Positions 1 to 10,204 of a DNA stretch of 40,821 nucleotides are shown in pieces. How positions within the stretch are numbered: position 1 is the first letter of the stretch; the number at the start of each line of letters is the position of its first letter. The notes beneath the pieces are model-generated. The model was given only the letters and a program-made list of their open reading frames with translations. It was not told the origin of the DNA and did not search any database. The position numbers were made by a program, and so were the translations under genes. This stretch comes from Octopus bimaculoides (Eukaryota), in contig NC_068982.1 in the NCBI RefSeq assembly GCF_001194135.2, positions 131,803,418 through 131,844,238 on the forward strand, read 5' to 3'.

Positions 1-236
1 CGGGTGGCACATAAAAGACACCATTTCGAGCGTGGCCGTTTTCGTGCGGGTGACACGTAAAAGCACCCACTACACTCTCTGAGTGGTTGGCGTTAGGAAG
101 GGCATCCAGCTGTAGAAACTCTGCCAAATCAGACTGGAGCCTGGTGTTGCCATCCGGTTTCACCAGTCCTCAGTCAAATCGTCCAACCCATGCTAGCATG
201 GAAAGCGGACGTTAAACGATGATGATGATGATGATG
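1..236 (+). mobile_element. Retroposon family 2 (SINE-like, (ATG)n tail), 3' part
   Basis: GGTTGGCGTTAGGAAGGGCATCCAGCTGTAGAAAC block and CCATGCTAGCATGGAAAGCGGACGTTAAACG(ATG)n tail, repeated many times in the window. Confidence 0.88.
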
Positions 237-665
237 AATGGAAAATAAACCAAAAAGCTCTCCATCCGGTGGAAACATCAAAATACAAATGGCAAATCTT
301 CTCCATTTTAGGGAATATTAAATAATATTGATTTCTGTTGGATAGGGGTTACAAAAAACTTACAAGGGAAAGGTATTTAATCTATCACATTTCCTCAGGC
401 ACATTAAAAATTAAACTTAGACCAGAGATGAATGAATCTTTTAACCCTTTTATATCCAACACAGCCACCAACTGAAACTAGTTCCAAAACAGCTCCTTGT
501 TTTACCCTACAAATAATCTTATTGAAAAACATTCATCTTACAAGGCTGTGTGGTAAGAAGCTTGCTTCTCAACTACAAGGTTCTGGGTTCAGTCCCATTG
601 CAAGGAACCTTGCACAAGTGTCTTAATATAGCCTTGGGCCAATCAAAGCCTTGCGAATGGATCTA

Positions 666-792
666 CAGGGTGTCCACAAGGTCTGGGTACATGGAGTAAA
701 TAAAATCATAACATAAACGATTAAATATAAGAAATAATAATTTCTTAAAGTATGTGTTAATCCCCATGTACCCAGACTTTGTGGACACCCTG
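666..792. mobile_element. Tc1/mariner-type MITE (127 bp)
   Basis: 29-bp TIRs CAGGGTGTCCACAAGGTCTGGGTACATGG and CCATGTACCCAGACTTTGTGGACACCCTG (1 mismatch). TA TSD at 664-665 and 793-794. Inserted in a family-1 SINE. Confidence 0.9.
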
Positions 793-827
793 TAGTATGC
801 AGAAGATGAAAGAAGCCTATCGAATAT

Positions 828-830
<3 letters not shown>

Positions 831-868
<38 letters not shown>
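831..868. repeat. (TG)n microsatellite
   Basis: Direct reading; lies inside a family-1 SINE. Confidence 0.95.
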
Positions 869-872
<4 letters not shown>

Positions 873-1229
873 ATGTCACCACTTCTTGATGACAGCTTTG
901 GTTTGTTTATGTCCTTGTAACTTAGTGGTTCAACAAAAGAGACTGATAGAATAAGTAACAGGCTTAAAAAGAAAAGTCCTGGGGTCAATTTATTCAACTA
1001 AAAGCCTTTCAAAACAGTGCCTCAACAAGGCTGCAATCAAATGACAGAAACAAGTCAATGATCAAAGATAGAAGATCTCCTATTCCACCCCCATCACACT
1101 CTGTCTCCACTCAATCACACCTGAACCTCTCTTTTAGAATGTGTGTAATCATATAACTTCTCTAAGCAAGAAACCTTTTTCTGCTCTAGCATAAAGTTGC
1201 CCTCCCAAGGGTTCATAATCTTGCAATCT

Positions 1230-1434
1230 GCAAGGTGACCTCACCAGTGCTGTTGGCATAAAAAAATTCTCTCAGGACACATTGTAAAGTGGTTGGCATT
1301 AAGAAGGGCATCCAGCTGTAGAAACCATTCGAAAGCAGACAATGGAGCATGATGCAGTCCTTGGGCTCATTGGATCCTGTCGACCCATCCAGCTCATGTC
1401 AGTATAAAGCATGGATGTCAAATGATGATGATGA
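1230..1434 (+). mobile_element. Retroposon family 2, diverged
   Basis: GGTTGGCATTAAGAAGGGCATCCAGCTGTAGAAAC block and (ATG)n tail. Confidence 0.75.
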
Positions 1435-1440
1435 AATGTA

Positions 1441-1458
1441 AACCCTAACCCTAACCCT
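1441..1458 (-). repeat. Short interstitial telomere-type repeat (TTAGGG)3
   Basis: AACCCTAACCCTAACCCT on the + strand. Confidence 0.6.
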
Positions 1459-1512
1459 TATTAACTGAAAATAATTATTCATTTTACTAAATCTCTCCAA
1501 ATTCTTGATTAT

Positions 1513-1724
1513 TTACTCTTTTACTCTTTTACTTGTTTCAGTCATTTGACTGTGGCCATGCTGGAGCACCGCTTTCAGTCGAGCAAATCGACCCCAGGAC
1601 TTATTCTTTGGATGCCTAGTAATTATTCTATCGGTCTCTTTTGCCGAACCGCTAAGTTACGGGGACCTAAACACACCACCATTGGTTGTCAAGCGATGTT
1701 GGGGGGACACAGACACAAACATAT

Positions 1725-1772
<48 letters not shown>

Positions 1773-1938
1773 GACAGGCTTCTTTCAGTTTCCATCTACC
1801 AAATCCAGTCACAAGGCTTTGGTCGGCCCGAGGCTATAGTAGAAGACACTTGCCCAAGGTGCCACACAGTGGGAATGAACCTGGAACCATGTGGTCGGTA
1901 AGCAAGCTACTTACCACACAGCTACTCCTGCACCTGTA
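1513..1938 (-). mobile_element. SINE family 1
   Basis: Reverse complement of 28603-29018, with (TTTTACTC)n tail at left and an internal (TA)n. Confidence 0.9.
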
Positions 1939-3041
1939 AAATATCTTAGCATTTAGTATTTATCATCATCATTATCAACATCATCATAATCATCATCATC
2001 ATCGTTTTAATGTTCATTTTTGATGCTTGCATGAGGTCAGATAAAATTTCTTATGGTAGATTTTCTAAGGCCAGATGCCCTTATTGCAAACTCTCTCCTG
2101 TTTCCAATCAAGATCTGACACAAACAGTATTGCTTGCATGATAGTGATGGTCATTTGAGAATCATCACATGATGCCATGACAGGGGTTACACTCACATGC
2201 ATGCACCTATGCACACACACACACACACACACACAATGACAAGCTTCTTTTCGTTTCCACTTACCAAATGCGCTCAAGACTGATCAACTTGAGGCTACAA
2301 TAGAAGACACTTGCCCAACAAAAGAAATCACCACTTATCTGGGTTATCTGAATTTATGCCATTACACAGTTAAGTTATTTCCCTTATCCCCCCCCCCCCA
2401 TTTTTTAATAATTATGCAAAGTATACTGGCCAAAACAGTTTATAATTATTTTCCTACAAATAACAATCTCAATTTACTGATAAAAGCAGGCTTGAGAAAA
2501 TTATGCCTTCTCAACAAAATCAGCTAAGAGCAAAATATGACTGCAACAGTCACCTTATCACAAAGATAAGATTACCTTACACCACTAAGCATAAACATTC
2601 AATTTTTTATGAGATTAACTTTTAAATATTTAAAAAAAAAGTTATCCCATTTCTTTTATTTGAAAGCTGCTAAGAATTGTCACTATAGTTTTCTTTCACT
2701 AACTAAGAGGCTTCACAGATGCAATGTGGCCAATGTCAGTGTCACATAACTAGTACCTGTGTTGGTGGCATGTAAAAAGCACCTTTCGTGCACTGGACCT
2801 CACAGAGGCAATGACAAATGCCCAAAACTTTTGGCAATATGCTGTGCTTGAGAAGAATACTCATCAAGACAAATGAAACCATAGTTGTGTCAGATACTGG
2901 TGTCACATAAATGACACGCATGCCGGTGGCACATAAAAGCACCCATCACACTCTTGGAGTGTAATGCTAGTAATTAGATTAAAATCAGGATTGCTGAGCA
3001 AAATGAAATTCTAATTAAATTGATAGAAAGTTATAGGGCAC

Positions 3042-3362
3042 TCATCATCATCATCATCGTTTAACATCTGCTTTCCATCTGGATTGAGTTGGACGGTTTG
3101 AATGGGGACTAGTGAGCCAGAGGCTGCACCAGGCTCAATCTGGTCTGGCAAAGTTTCTACATTTGGATCTCCTTCCTAACGCCAACCACTCCAAGAGTGT
3201 AGTGAGTGCTTTTTACGTGCCACCGGCATGAGGGCCAGTCAGGCAGTTCCAGCAATGACCAAACGGTGTTTTTACATGCTGCCTGCACAGGAGCCAGTCC
3301 GGTAGCACTGGCAATGACCACGCTTGAATGGTGCTTTTCACATGTCACTGGCACAGGAGCCA
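3042..3362 (-). mobile_element. Retroposon family 2
   Basis: (CAT)n CGTTTAAC tail at left, CCTTCCTAACGCCAACCAC block. Confidence 0.85.
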
Positions 3363-3997
3363 ACTATGGATAGGATTTCTAAACAAAGGTGTTATTTAAA
3401 TTCTAGAGGGGATTTCTAAACAGACAAAGATGTTGGAAAAATAGTAGGAGTATAGAGAAAAAATAAGAAAGAGTGATAAATAAGATGCATCTCTTCTTTA
3501 GAGTAAAGGGCAAACAGAAGTGATGGAAGGAATGGCTACTTTTCCATTTGCCTTCATCAATAAAGATTGTTTCACTTAACTCAGAAATATAGTTCAACCT
3601 TAAGCTGACAGAATAAGAGATGACAGTAGCAGCATAAGAACTTTCAACAAAAGAATTACAGCCATAATAACTGGCGGAAAATCTCTTTCTGAAAATTATG
3701 TTAGATGAAAGTCAATTGTCAACAACAGGTCACTAATTGCAATGAATTTATGGCTTGTGCAAAATGACAAACGCTCTGGAAATTTGAAAAAACTTTTAAA
3801 TAGTAATTCCTAAATATTTCAAAGGTCAACCAGCACATCATAGCTCTTTATGTCATATCTAATACCTACTCTATAGCATTAAACAGTACCAATGGCAGAA
3901 GAAAAAGAGATGGTTCTGTTGGATAAAGTACAAGGAGAGAAAGAGAGAGAGAGAGTGAGAGAGAAATATGGCCACACAGAAATATTGAATATTTTAC

Positions 3998-4158
3998 CTG
4001 ACATTGACTAAATCAGCAGGTGTCCCCACAACACCACCAATGGCTCCTGAAAGACCTGCAGTCAACACTTTCTGATAGAAAGGCATAACTTGATTGCCCT
4101 CCACTAGATTCTTTTTCATAACATCATAGATAGCAAATCTTGTTAGAGAGTATGTCAA
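3998..4158 (-). CDS. SLC25A10: Mitochondrial dicarboxylate carrier, coding exon 3
   Basis: Acceptor TTAATATTTCAG and donor CAG|GTAAAA. 161 nt translating LTYSLTRFAIYDVMKKNLVEGNQVMPFYQKVLTAGLSGAIGGVVGTPADLVNV(R), ending in phase 2, with the second carrier signature PADLVNVR. No further exon (expected MQND...) found in 1-3997. Confidence 0.95.
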
Positions 4159-5852
4159 CTGAAATATTAAGCAAAGAAAGAAAGAGAGAAAGAAGTGTAG
4201 ATAGAACAGTTTAGAAAGAAAGCAAGCAACAACTCAAAAATGAAAGCCAATATCTACATTTAACAAAAACACAGCAAGCTACATCACTAAGAAACCAACC
4301 TACCATTGGGAGAGTTGTGTTCCTGGCTCAATCTGTTTTGCAGTAAAACAGATACCATAGAAAGTAAGGATTATTATGGAAGGCAACATAGCAAAGTTAG
4401 GTTTAACTGACAAAAAAATTTCTTGAGTAAAACTTGCAATTGACTGGTGCAGTATCATCGTATCAAAGAAGAGATTTGTACTAATTCAGTAATTTGAAAT
4501 CTAGCTCATGTTGTCAGATGTACAACACATATACAAATATACAGGAAGTGCAGATACATACAACAATGTATATATTTCCACAAGTCCCCAAGGTTCTGCT
4601 TAGCCCCCAGTTTCATGACATTAAGCAAACAAGTGATCCTTCAATAGATCAATGGATTGTTTTGTATAATATTTGCAGCTCTGGTACTTATTTTTGATAT
4701 TGAAGTGAAAGCTACATAAAATTAAATGTACTATCTAAATTCTAAATGTACAAGTTACCAGCAGTGAATATGAACTCAAAACCTACACAATAGCTCAGCA
4801 TTTATGTTTCAAATGTAGGAGGTTATAGCATTTCATAAATGGAAAAAAAAAAAAAAAAACATAAAAAAAAACAACAATACTCTAAGTTAAATACATATAC
4901 ACATTTCAGCAACTCAGGAAAACATATAGACATTTAAAGCACCCAACATAAAATTTTAAAATATTTGTGTCGAAACAGTTTTCCATTATAGCATAACCAA
5001 AAAAGGCAGTAAGCTTGCAGACTCATTTGCATGCCAGACAAAACGCTAAGTGATATATCGTCTGTCTTTACATTGGAAGTTCATATTCTGCCAAGGTTGA
5101 CTTAGTCTTTCATCCCATCAGAGTTGATGAAATATGTAACAGTTGAGCACTGGGGTCAATGTAATCTCAACTAACCCCCACCCTTAAAATTTCTGGCATT
5201 GTGCATTTAGTGGGAAAGGTTATAGTCCAACCCAAAACCATAGAAAAACCAAAGCTGTGTCTTGCAGGTGAGTATGTCCTGGTAGCATGTAACATACTAC
5301 AAAGTCACCTCATGGCTTTAGATGATTATGTAGCTGTGAGTAGACATCAACACTCACTTGACCGCCCCACTTTTGATCCAGCAGAACACTGATGTGGCAG
5401 CTGAGCAGAAAGAGAGCAGAATGACCTCTCTGTTGATATTCATGAAACAACATGAAATGAAGTGTCTTGCTCAAGAACACAATATTACAATATTACATTA
5501 AATACTATGATTATCATACATAATGTAACATAATATTATATAACATAAATAATTACAAAAACCCAAAAAGGCCAGCAAATTGTTTTGACTTATATATGAA
5601 TAATATACATAATCACAGTTCCATTATATATATAGTCACGTCAGGGTAATATGGTTTAGAAAAGACAAAATTCCATATAAAGGGACAGCTGGGTTGTAAA
5701 AATTAATTAATTTTATGATTATTTATGTTATACAATATGTTATGTTATATACTATACTCTTAGTATTTAATGTAATATTGTAATATAAATAAATTATTGG
5801 CATGTCAACAGAATATCTCTATATTTATCTTTATATATATATATATATATAT

Positions 5853-5897
<45 letters not shown>

Positions 5898-6882
5898 NNN
5901 NNNNNNNNNNNNNNNNNNNNNNNNNNNNNNNNNNNNNNNNNNNNNNNNNNNNNNNNNNNNNNNNNNNNNNNNNNNNNNNNNNNNNNNNNNNNNNNNNNNN
6001 NNNNNNNNNNNNNNNNNNNNNNNNNNNNNNNNNNNNNNNNNNNNNNNNNNNNNNNNNNNNNNNNNNNNNNNNNNNNNNNNNNNNNNNNNNNNNNNNNNNN
6101 NNNNNNNNNNNNNNNNNNNNNNNNNNNNNNNNNNNNNNNNNNNNNNNNNNNNNNNNNNNNNNNNNNNNNNNNNNNNNNNNNNNNNNNNNNNNNNNNNNNN
6201 NNNNNNNNNNNNNNNNNNNNNNNNNNNNNNNNNNNNNNNNNNNNNNNNNNNNNNNNNNNNNNNNNNNNNNNNNNNNNNNNNNNNNNNNNNNNNNNNNNNN
6301 NNNNNNNNNNNNNNNNNNNNNNNNNNNNNNNNNNNNNNNNNNNNNNNNNNNNNNNNNNNNNNNNNNNNNNNNNNNNNNNNNNNNNNNNNNNNNNNNNNNN
6401 NNNNNNNNNNNNNNNNNNNNNNNNNNNNNNNNNNNNNNNNNNNNNNNNNNNNNNNNNNNNNNNNNNNNNNNNNNNNNNNNNNNNNNNNNNNNNNNNNNNN
6501 NNNNNNNNNNNNNNNNNNNNNNNNNNNNNNNNNNNNNNNNNNNNNNNNNNNNNNNNNNNNNNNNNNNNNNNNNNNNNNNNNNNNNNNNNNNNNNNNNNNN
6601 NNNNNNNNNNNNNNNNNNNNNNNNNNNNNNNNNNNNNNNNNNNNNNNNNNNNNNNNNNNNNNNNNNNNNNNNNNNNNNNNNNNNNNNNNNNNNNNNNNNN
6701 NNNNNNNNNNNNNNNNNNNNNNNNNNNNNNNNNNNNNNNNNNNNNNNNNNNNNNNNNNNNNNNNNNNNNNNNNNNNNNNNNNNNNNNNNNNNNNNNNNNN
6801 NNNNNNNNNNNNNNNNNNNNNNNNNNNNNNNNNNNNNNNNNNNNNNNNNNNNNNNNNNNNNNNNNNNNNNNNNNNNNNNNNN
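5898..6882. other. Assembly gap (985 N) flanked by (TA)n on both sides
   Basis: Run of N; content unknown. Confidence 0.99.
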
Positions 6883-6922
<40 letters not shown>

Positions 6923-7023
6923 TGTGTGTGTGTATGTATGTATGTATATAACTAAGGTATTACACACATGGATTACAATAATAAAAAATAAGTATCATTG
7001 GACATTCATTATTAGATATTCTG

Positions 7024-7205
7024 AGGCAGTGAGCTGGCAGAATTGTTAGCATGCTGAACGAAATGCTTTGCAGAACTACATTCTGAGTTCAAATTCCGCC
7101 AAGGTCGACTTTGCCTTTCATCCTTTCGGGGTCGATAAATTAAGTATCAGTTGCATAGTGGGGTCAATCTAATCGACTGGCCCCCTTCCACCAAATTTCA
7201 AGGAT
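7024..7205 (+). mobile_element. SINE family 3 (tRNA-like head, (ATT)n tail)
   Basis: GGCAGTGAGCTGGCAGAAT head, TTCTGAGTTCAAATTCC B-box-like motif, GGTCGACTTTGCCTTTCATCCTTTCGGGGTCGATAAATTAAGTA central block. Confidence 0.88.
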
Positions 7206-7394
7206 TATTAGATGTTCTAATATTACAGTATATGATCAGATCAATAACAACTATGTGAGTCAGTGTTGTGAGTTAAACTGATGAATCAATACTTCTTCAT
7301 TTCTCATAAATAACAGCCATAAACAGAGGGACAATTACTCAATCTTTCTGAACCAGAGGTATCCATCAGAGGGTAATAAACTCTATTGTCTTCA

Positions 7395-7458
7395 GAGACC
7401 GCGACCTGTTCACTGACAAAATTGTGCACAATTTTGTCAGTGAACAGGTCGCGGTCTC
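7395..7458. repeat. Perfect 64-bp palindrome with no spacer
   Basis: GAGACCGCGACCTGTTCACTGACAAAATTGTG followed directly by CACAATTTTGTCAGTGAACAGGTCGCGGTCTC; the two 32-nt arms are exact reverse complements. Confidence 0.97.
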
Positions 7459-7483
7459 CAAGCGACGAAAATATTTTGACAAA
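7433..7483 (+). ncRNA. Candidate minimal type I hammerhead ribozyme, G3:C8 core variant
   Basis: Stem I TTTGTCA (7433-39) pairs with TGACAAA (7477-83). Core GTGAACA (7440-46). One extra G (7447). Stem II GTCGC (7448-52) pairs with GCGAC (7462-66). GAA (7467-69), palindromic stem III AATATT (7470-75), H17=T (7476). All elements are in hammerhead order. Activity untested. Confidence 0.6.
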
Positions 7484-8376
7484 TTAAATTTAAATGTTGA
7501 AGTGAATCTGACGGCTTTTGTGTGTTGTTTTAAATGGCTTATAAACACCTTCCACGCTGCAATTGTTTTCGTTCCAGCACACGATCTCAGATCAGGTCAC
7601 TTGCTATGCAAGTACATCTCCGTAATTTGTTTATCTTAATTTTGAAAAATAAAAGAAGTATAAAAAAACCCTGCATTATTTATGGGATGACCCCAATATG
7701 TTTCTACAGTTTCTCTTTGTCAATAGCTCTTCCCACCCTACCACAATGCTTTTACATATCTGTTGGTGTATCTTTATTTTTCTCTTCAGCCTAACCATAT
7801 CTCTTACCTCTCACTAACACTTCTAACTACTCCCTTCTCTCCTTTATTACTTCCCTTGTTCTCTCTGTCTCTTTCTTTGTCTCATCCTAATTTCTTTAAC
7901 CTTCAACACTATTTTTGACATTCCTCCATTCTCTCCTAGGAAGCCTTTGCCTTGACATAAATAGCATAAAATTTAATCCACTATGAAGCAATTTCTATGT
8001 AGAAAAGACACCTTAACAAAAACCCTCCATGTCAAAACATTCAAGCTGCGATGGGGATTGGGGTGGAGATTTAGATGAATGTTCATAGGAATACTACAGA
8101 GTTACATGAGTAACCTTATTCGTAATTAGATATGAAAATGTGAACTACCGCCATAAAAATATAATAGCAATAAATATAAATTCTTCTCCACTGCCTTACA
8201 TTCACCACATGTAATAATTTTCTTCACATGTAATAATATTCTAATTCATGCTGTTTTGTGGTGCTTGAAACTCATGCATTAATATATACAGGATGGCCCA
8301 AAAGTAGGGTAACAGTTATTCAACTATCTTTTATGCATTCAAGAATTAACAGTTTAGATCTTGATTATAAAAAAAT

Positions 8377-8677
8377 ATCATCATCATCATTATCATCGTT
8401 TAACGTCCGCTTTCCATGCTAGCATGGGTTGGATGATTTGACTGAGGACTGGTGAACCAGATGGCTGCATCAGGCTCCAATCTGATTTGGCAGAGTTTCT
8501 ACAGCTGGATGCCTTTCCTAACGCCAACCACTCAGAGAGTGTAGTGGGTGCTTTTACGTGTCACCCGCACGAAGGCCAGTCAGGCGGTACTAGCAACGGC
8601 CACGCTCAAAATGGTGTATTTTATGTGCCACCCGCACAAAAGCCAGTCCAGGGGCACTGGCAACGATCTCGCTCGAT
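8377..8677 (-). mobile_element. Retroposon family 2, left arm of an inverted pair
   Basis: Reverse complement of the 1-236 type sequence, tail at left. Confidence 0.9.
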
Positions 8678-8698
8678 GAAACCATTATTCTATTATTC

Positions 8699-8967
8699 TG
8701 TGCAGGTGACACGTAAAAAACACCACTTTGAGCATGGCCATTGCCAGTATCGCCTGACTGGCCCTCGTGCCGGTGGCATGTAAAAGCATCCACTACACTC
8801 TCGGAGTGGTTGGCGTTAGGAAGGGCATCCAGCTGTAGAAACTCTGCCAGATCAGATTGGAGCCTGGTGTAGCCATCTGGTTCACCAGTCTTCAATCAAA
8901 TCATCCAACCCATGCTAGCATGGAAGGCGGACGTTAAACGATAATGATGATGATGATGATGATGATG
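8699..8967 (+). mobile_element. Retroposon family 2, right arm of an inverted pair
   Basis: Same family in + orientation, tail at right, about 20 bp from the left arm. Confidence 0.9.
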
Positions 8968-9631
8968 CACTGGCTCTCATAGCTTCTAATCTAAACTGAT
9001 TGGAAGTCTTATCATGATTTGTCTTAGTATAAGAAGATGGGCAACAGCAAATATTTTGCTCAATAACACAGAGTTGTTGCTTGACCTTAACCAGTTGCGC
9101 ATGTCCCTTAGTGGCTGACAATATGTGCAACTCTGATCATGAGCAGGAATAGTGGGGGAGCCTCATAGCCATGTGTTGACAAGAATTCTTTGGGGTTTGA
9201 AGAATTCATCTCAGGAGACATGGGTGTTTCGTTAAACCATCCTTAAGCAACCCTCATTCAGGGACTTTTTGAGTGGGATGGGTTACTCAATCAGGGGCTA
9301 CGTCTTGCACCCGTCTGGTTCGGCATGTTTTTTGTTGCTGGATATTCTTCCTAACACCACCATTCTACAGCGTGGACTGAGTGTGTTTACGTGGCACCGC
9401 ACGGGAGCATGGTTTTAACGGCTGAATGTCCTTCCTAATGCCACTACTTTACAGCATGGACCGAGTGCTTTTATGTGACACTGCACAGTAGTTTCAATGG
9501 CTGGATTTTTATATTTTGCATATTTAAATTTTTATAATACTATAGACTTTGGTGAAAGTTGACTGGGAACTTGGGACCCACCAAAATTGTTCCCATTTGG
9601 GCCCCGCACCTCCTAAGGCCAGCCCTGCCCA

Positions 9632-9950
9632 GTGATCAAAGAAAACGAAGAAAAACTGAACAACTATGATGATTTGAAGTAAGAAATATGAAGGTTGTGG
9701 ACAATGAGGAGAGTACATGTGATAGCAATAGGAATTGATTCACTTGGAAGTATCAGCACTCAACAACCAACATTGCTTGAAAAGATTGGTACAAAAATCA
9801 GCATTGCTTGGAACTGTAAAAATTCTTTGCAGGGTTCTTGAAGCATGACCAGTAAAACAAGTGTCACCTTAGTCTGCTGGCTGTGGGATAGCTGACACTT
9901 TCCACCATGCCCAGCAAAATAAGCTGAGAGTTTTCATCAAATAATAATAA
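9632..9950 (+). mobile_element. 3' end of an R4/Dong-like non-LTR retrotransposon (restriction-like endonuclease C-terminus)
   Basis: Translates VIKENEEKLNNYDDLK*EI*RLWTMRRVHVIAIGIDSLGSI...LLGTVKILCRVLEA*, resembling the KYxDL..EI..+W...VIP+VIG+LG...LLGT..IL end of RLE-type ORFs. Then ~90 bp UTR and (AAT)n. Confidence 0.65.
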
Positions 9951-9957
9951 AAATAAT

Positions 9958-10169
9958 CCTTTCTACTATAGGCACAAGGCCTGGATTTCGTGGGGAGTGG
10001 GGCAGTCGATCACATTGAGCCCAGTGTTTCACTGGTATTTAGTTTATCAACCCTGAAAGGATGAAAGACAAAGTCAACTTTGGCGGAATTTGAACTCAGA
10101 ACATAGCAACAGGTGAAATACCGCTAAGCATTCTGCCTGGCATACTAATGATTCTGCCAGCTAACTGCT
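9958..10169 (-). mobile_element. SINE family 3
   Basis: Reverse complement of the 7024 and 15883 copies. Confidence 0.85.
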
Positions 10170-10204
10170 TTAAATAATATTAATAATAATAATAATGATA
10201 ATGT

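Larger units (their letters stand above)
540..1070 (+). mobile_element. SINE family 1 (tRNA-like head, CORE-like block, internal microsatellite), diverged and interrupted by a MITE
   Basis: GGCTGTGTGGTAAGAAGCTTGCTT head, GGTTCAGTCC B-box-like motif, CTTG(G)GCAAGTGTC block, body colinear with the 28603-29018 copy. Confidence 0.8.
7395..7625 (+). mobile_element. Probable Penelope-like (PLE) terminal-repeat relic with an inverted 5' segment
   Basis: CpG-retaining block that stands out from its flanks, carries a minimal hammerhead fold and starts with an inverted duplicate. Both traits are typical of PLE pseudo-LTRs. No coding sequence is present and the right boundary is approximate. Confidence 0.45.

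Noticed and set aside
1546-1939. ORFs recurring at 1546-1939, 16877-17158, 17656-17982, 27080-27550 and 28638-28841 with similar peptides
   Set aside because: The similarity comes from copies of SINE family 1 and its internal microsatellite, not from a protein family.
1-3997. Search for SLC25A10 exon 4 (expected to start G-ATG-CAR-AAY-GAY, MQND)
   Set aside because: No matching exon with splice sites found. Downstream exons presumably lie left of the window.
5797-6967. Three 372-384 aa ORFs
   Set aside because: Made of (TA)n and N gap; no coding information.
7389-7395. Canonical CTGAAGA on the minus strand next to the palindrome
   Set aside because: Not followed by stem II plus GAAA or a matching stem I; coincidental.
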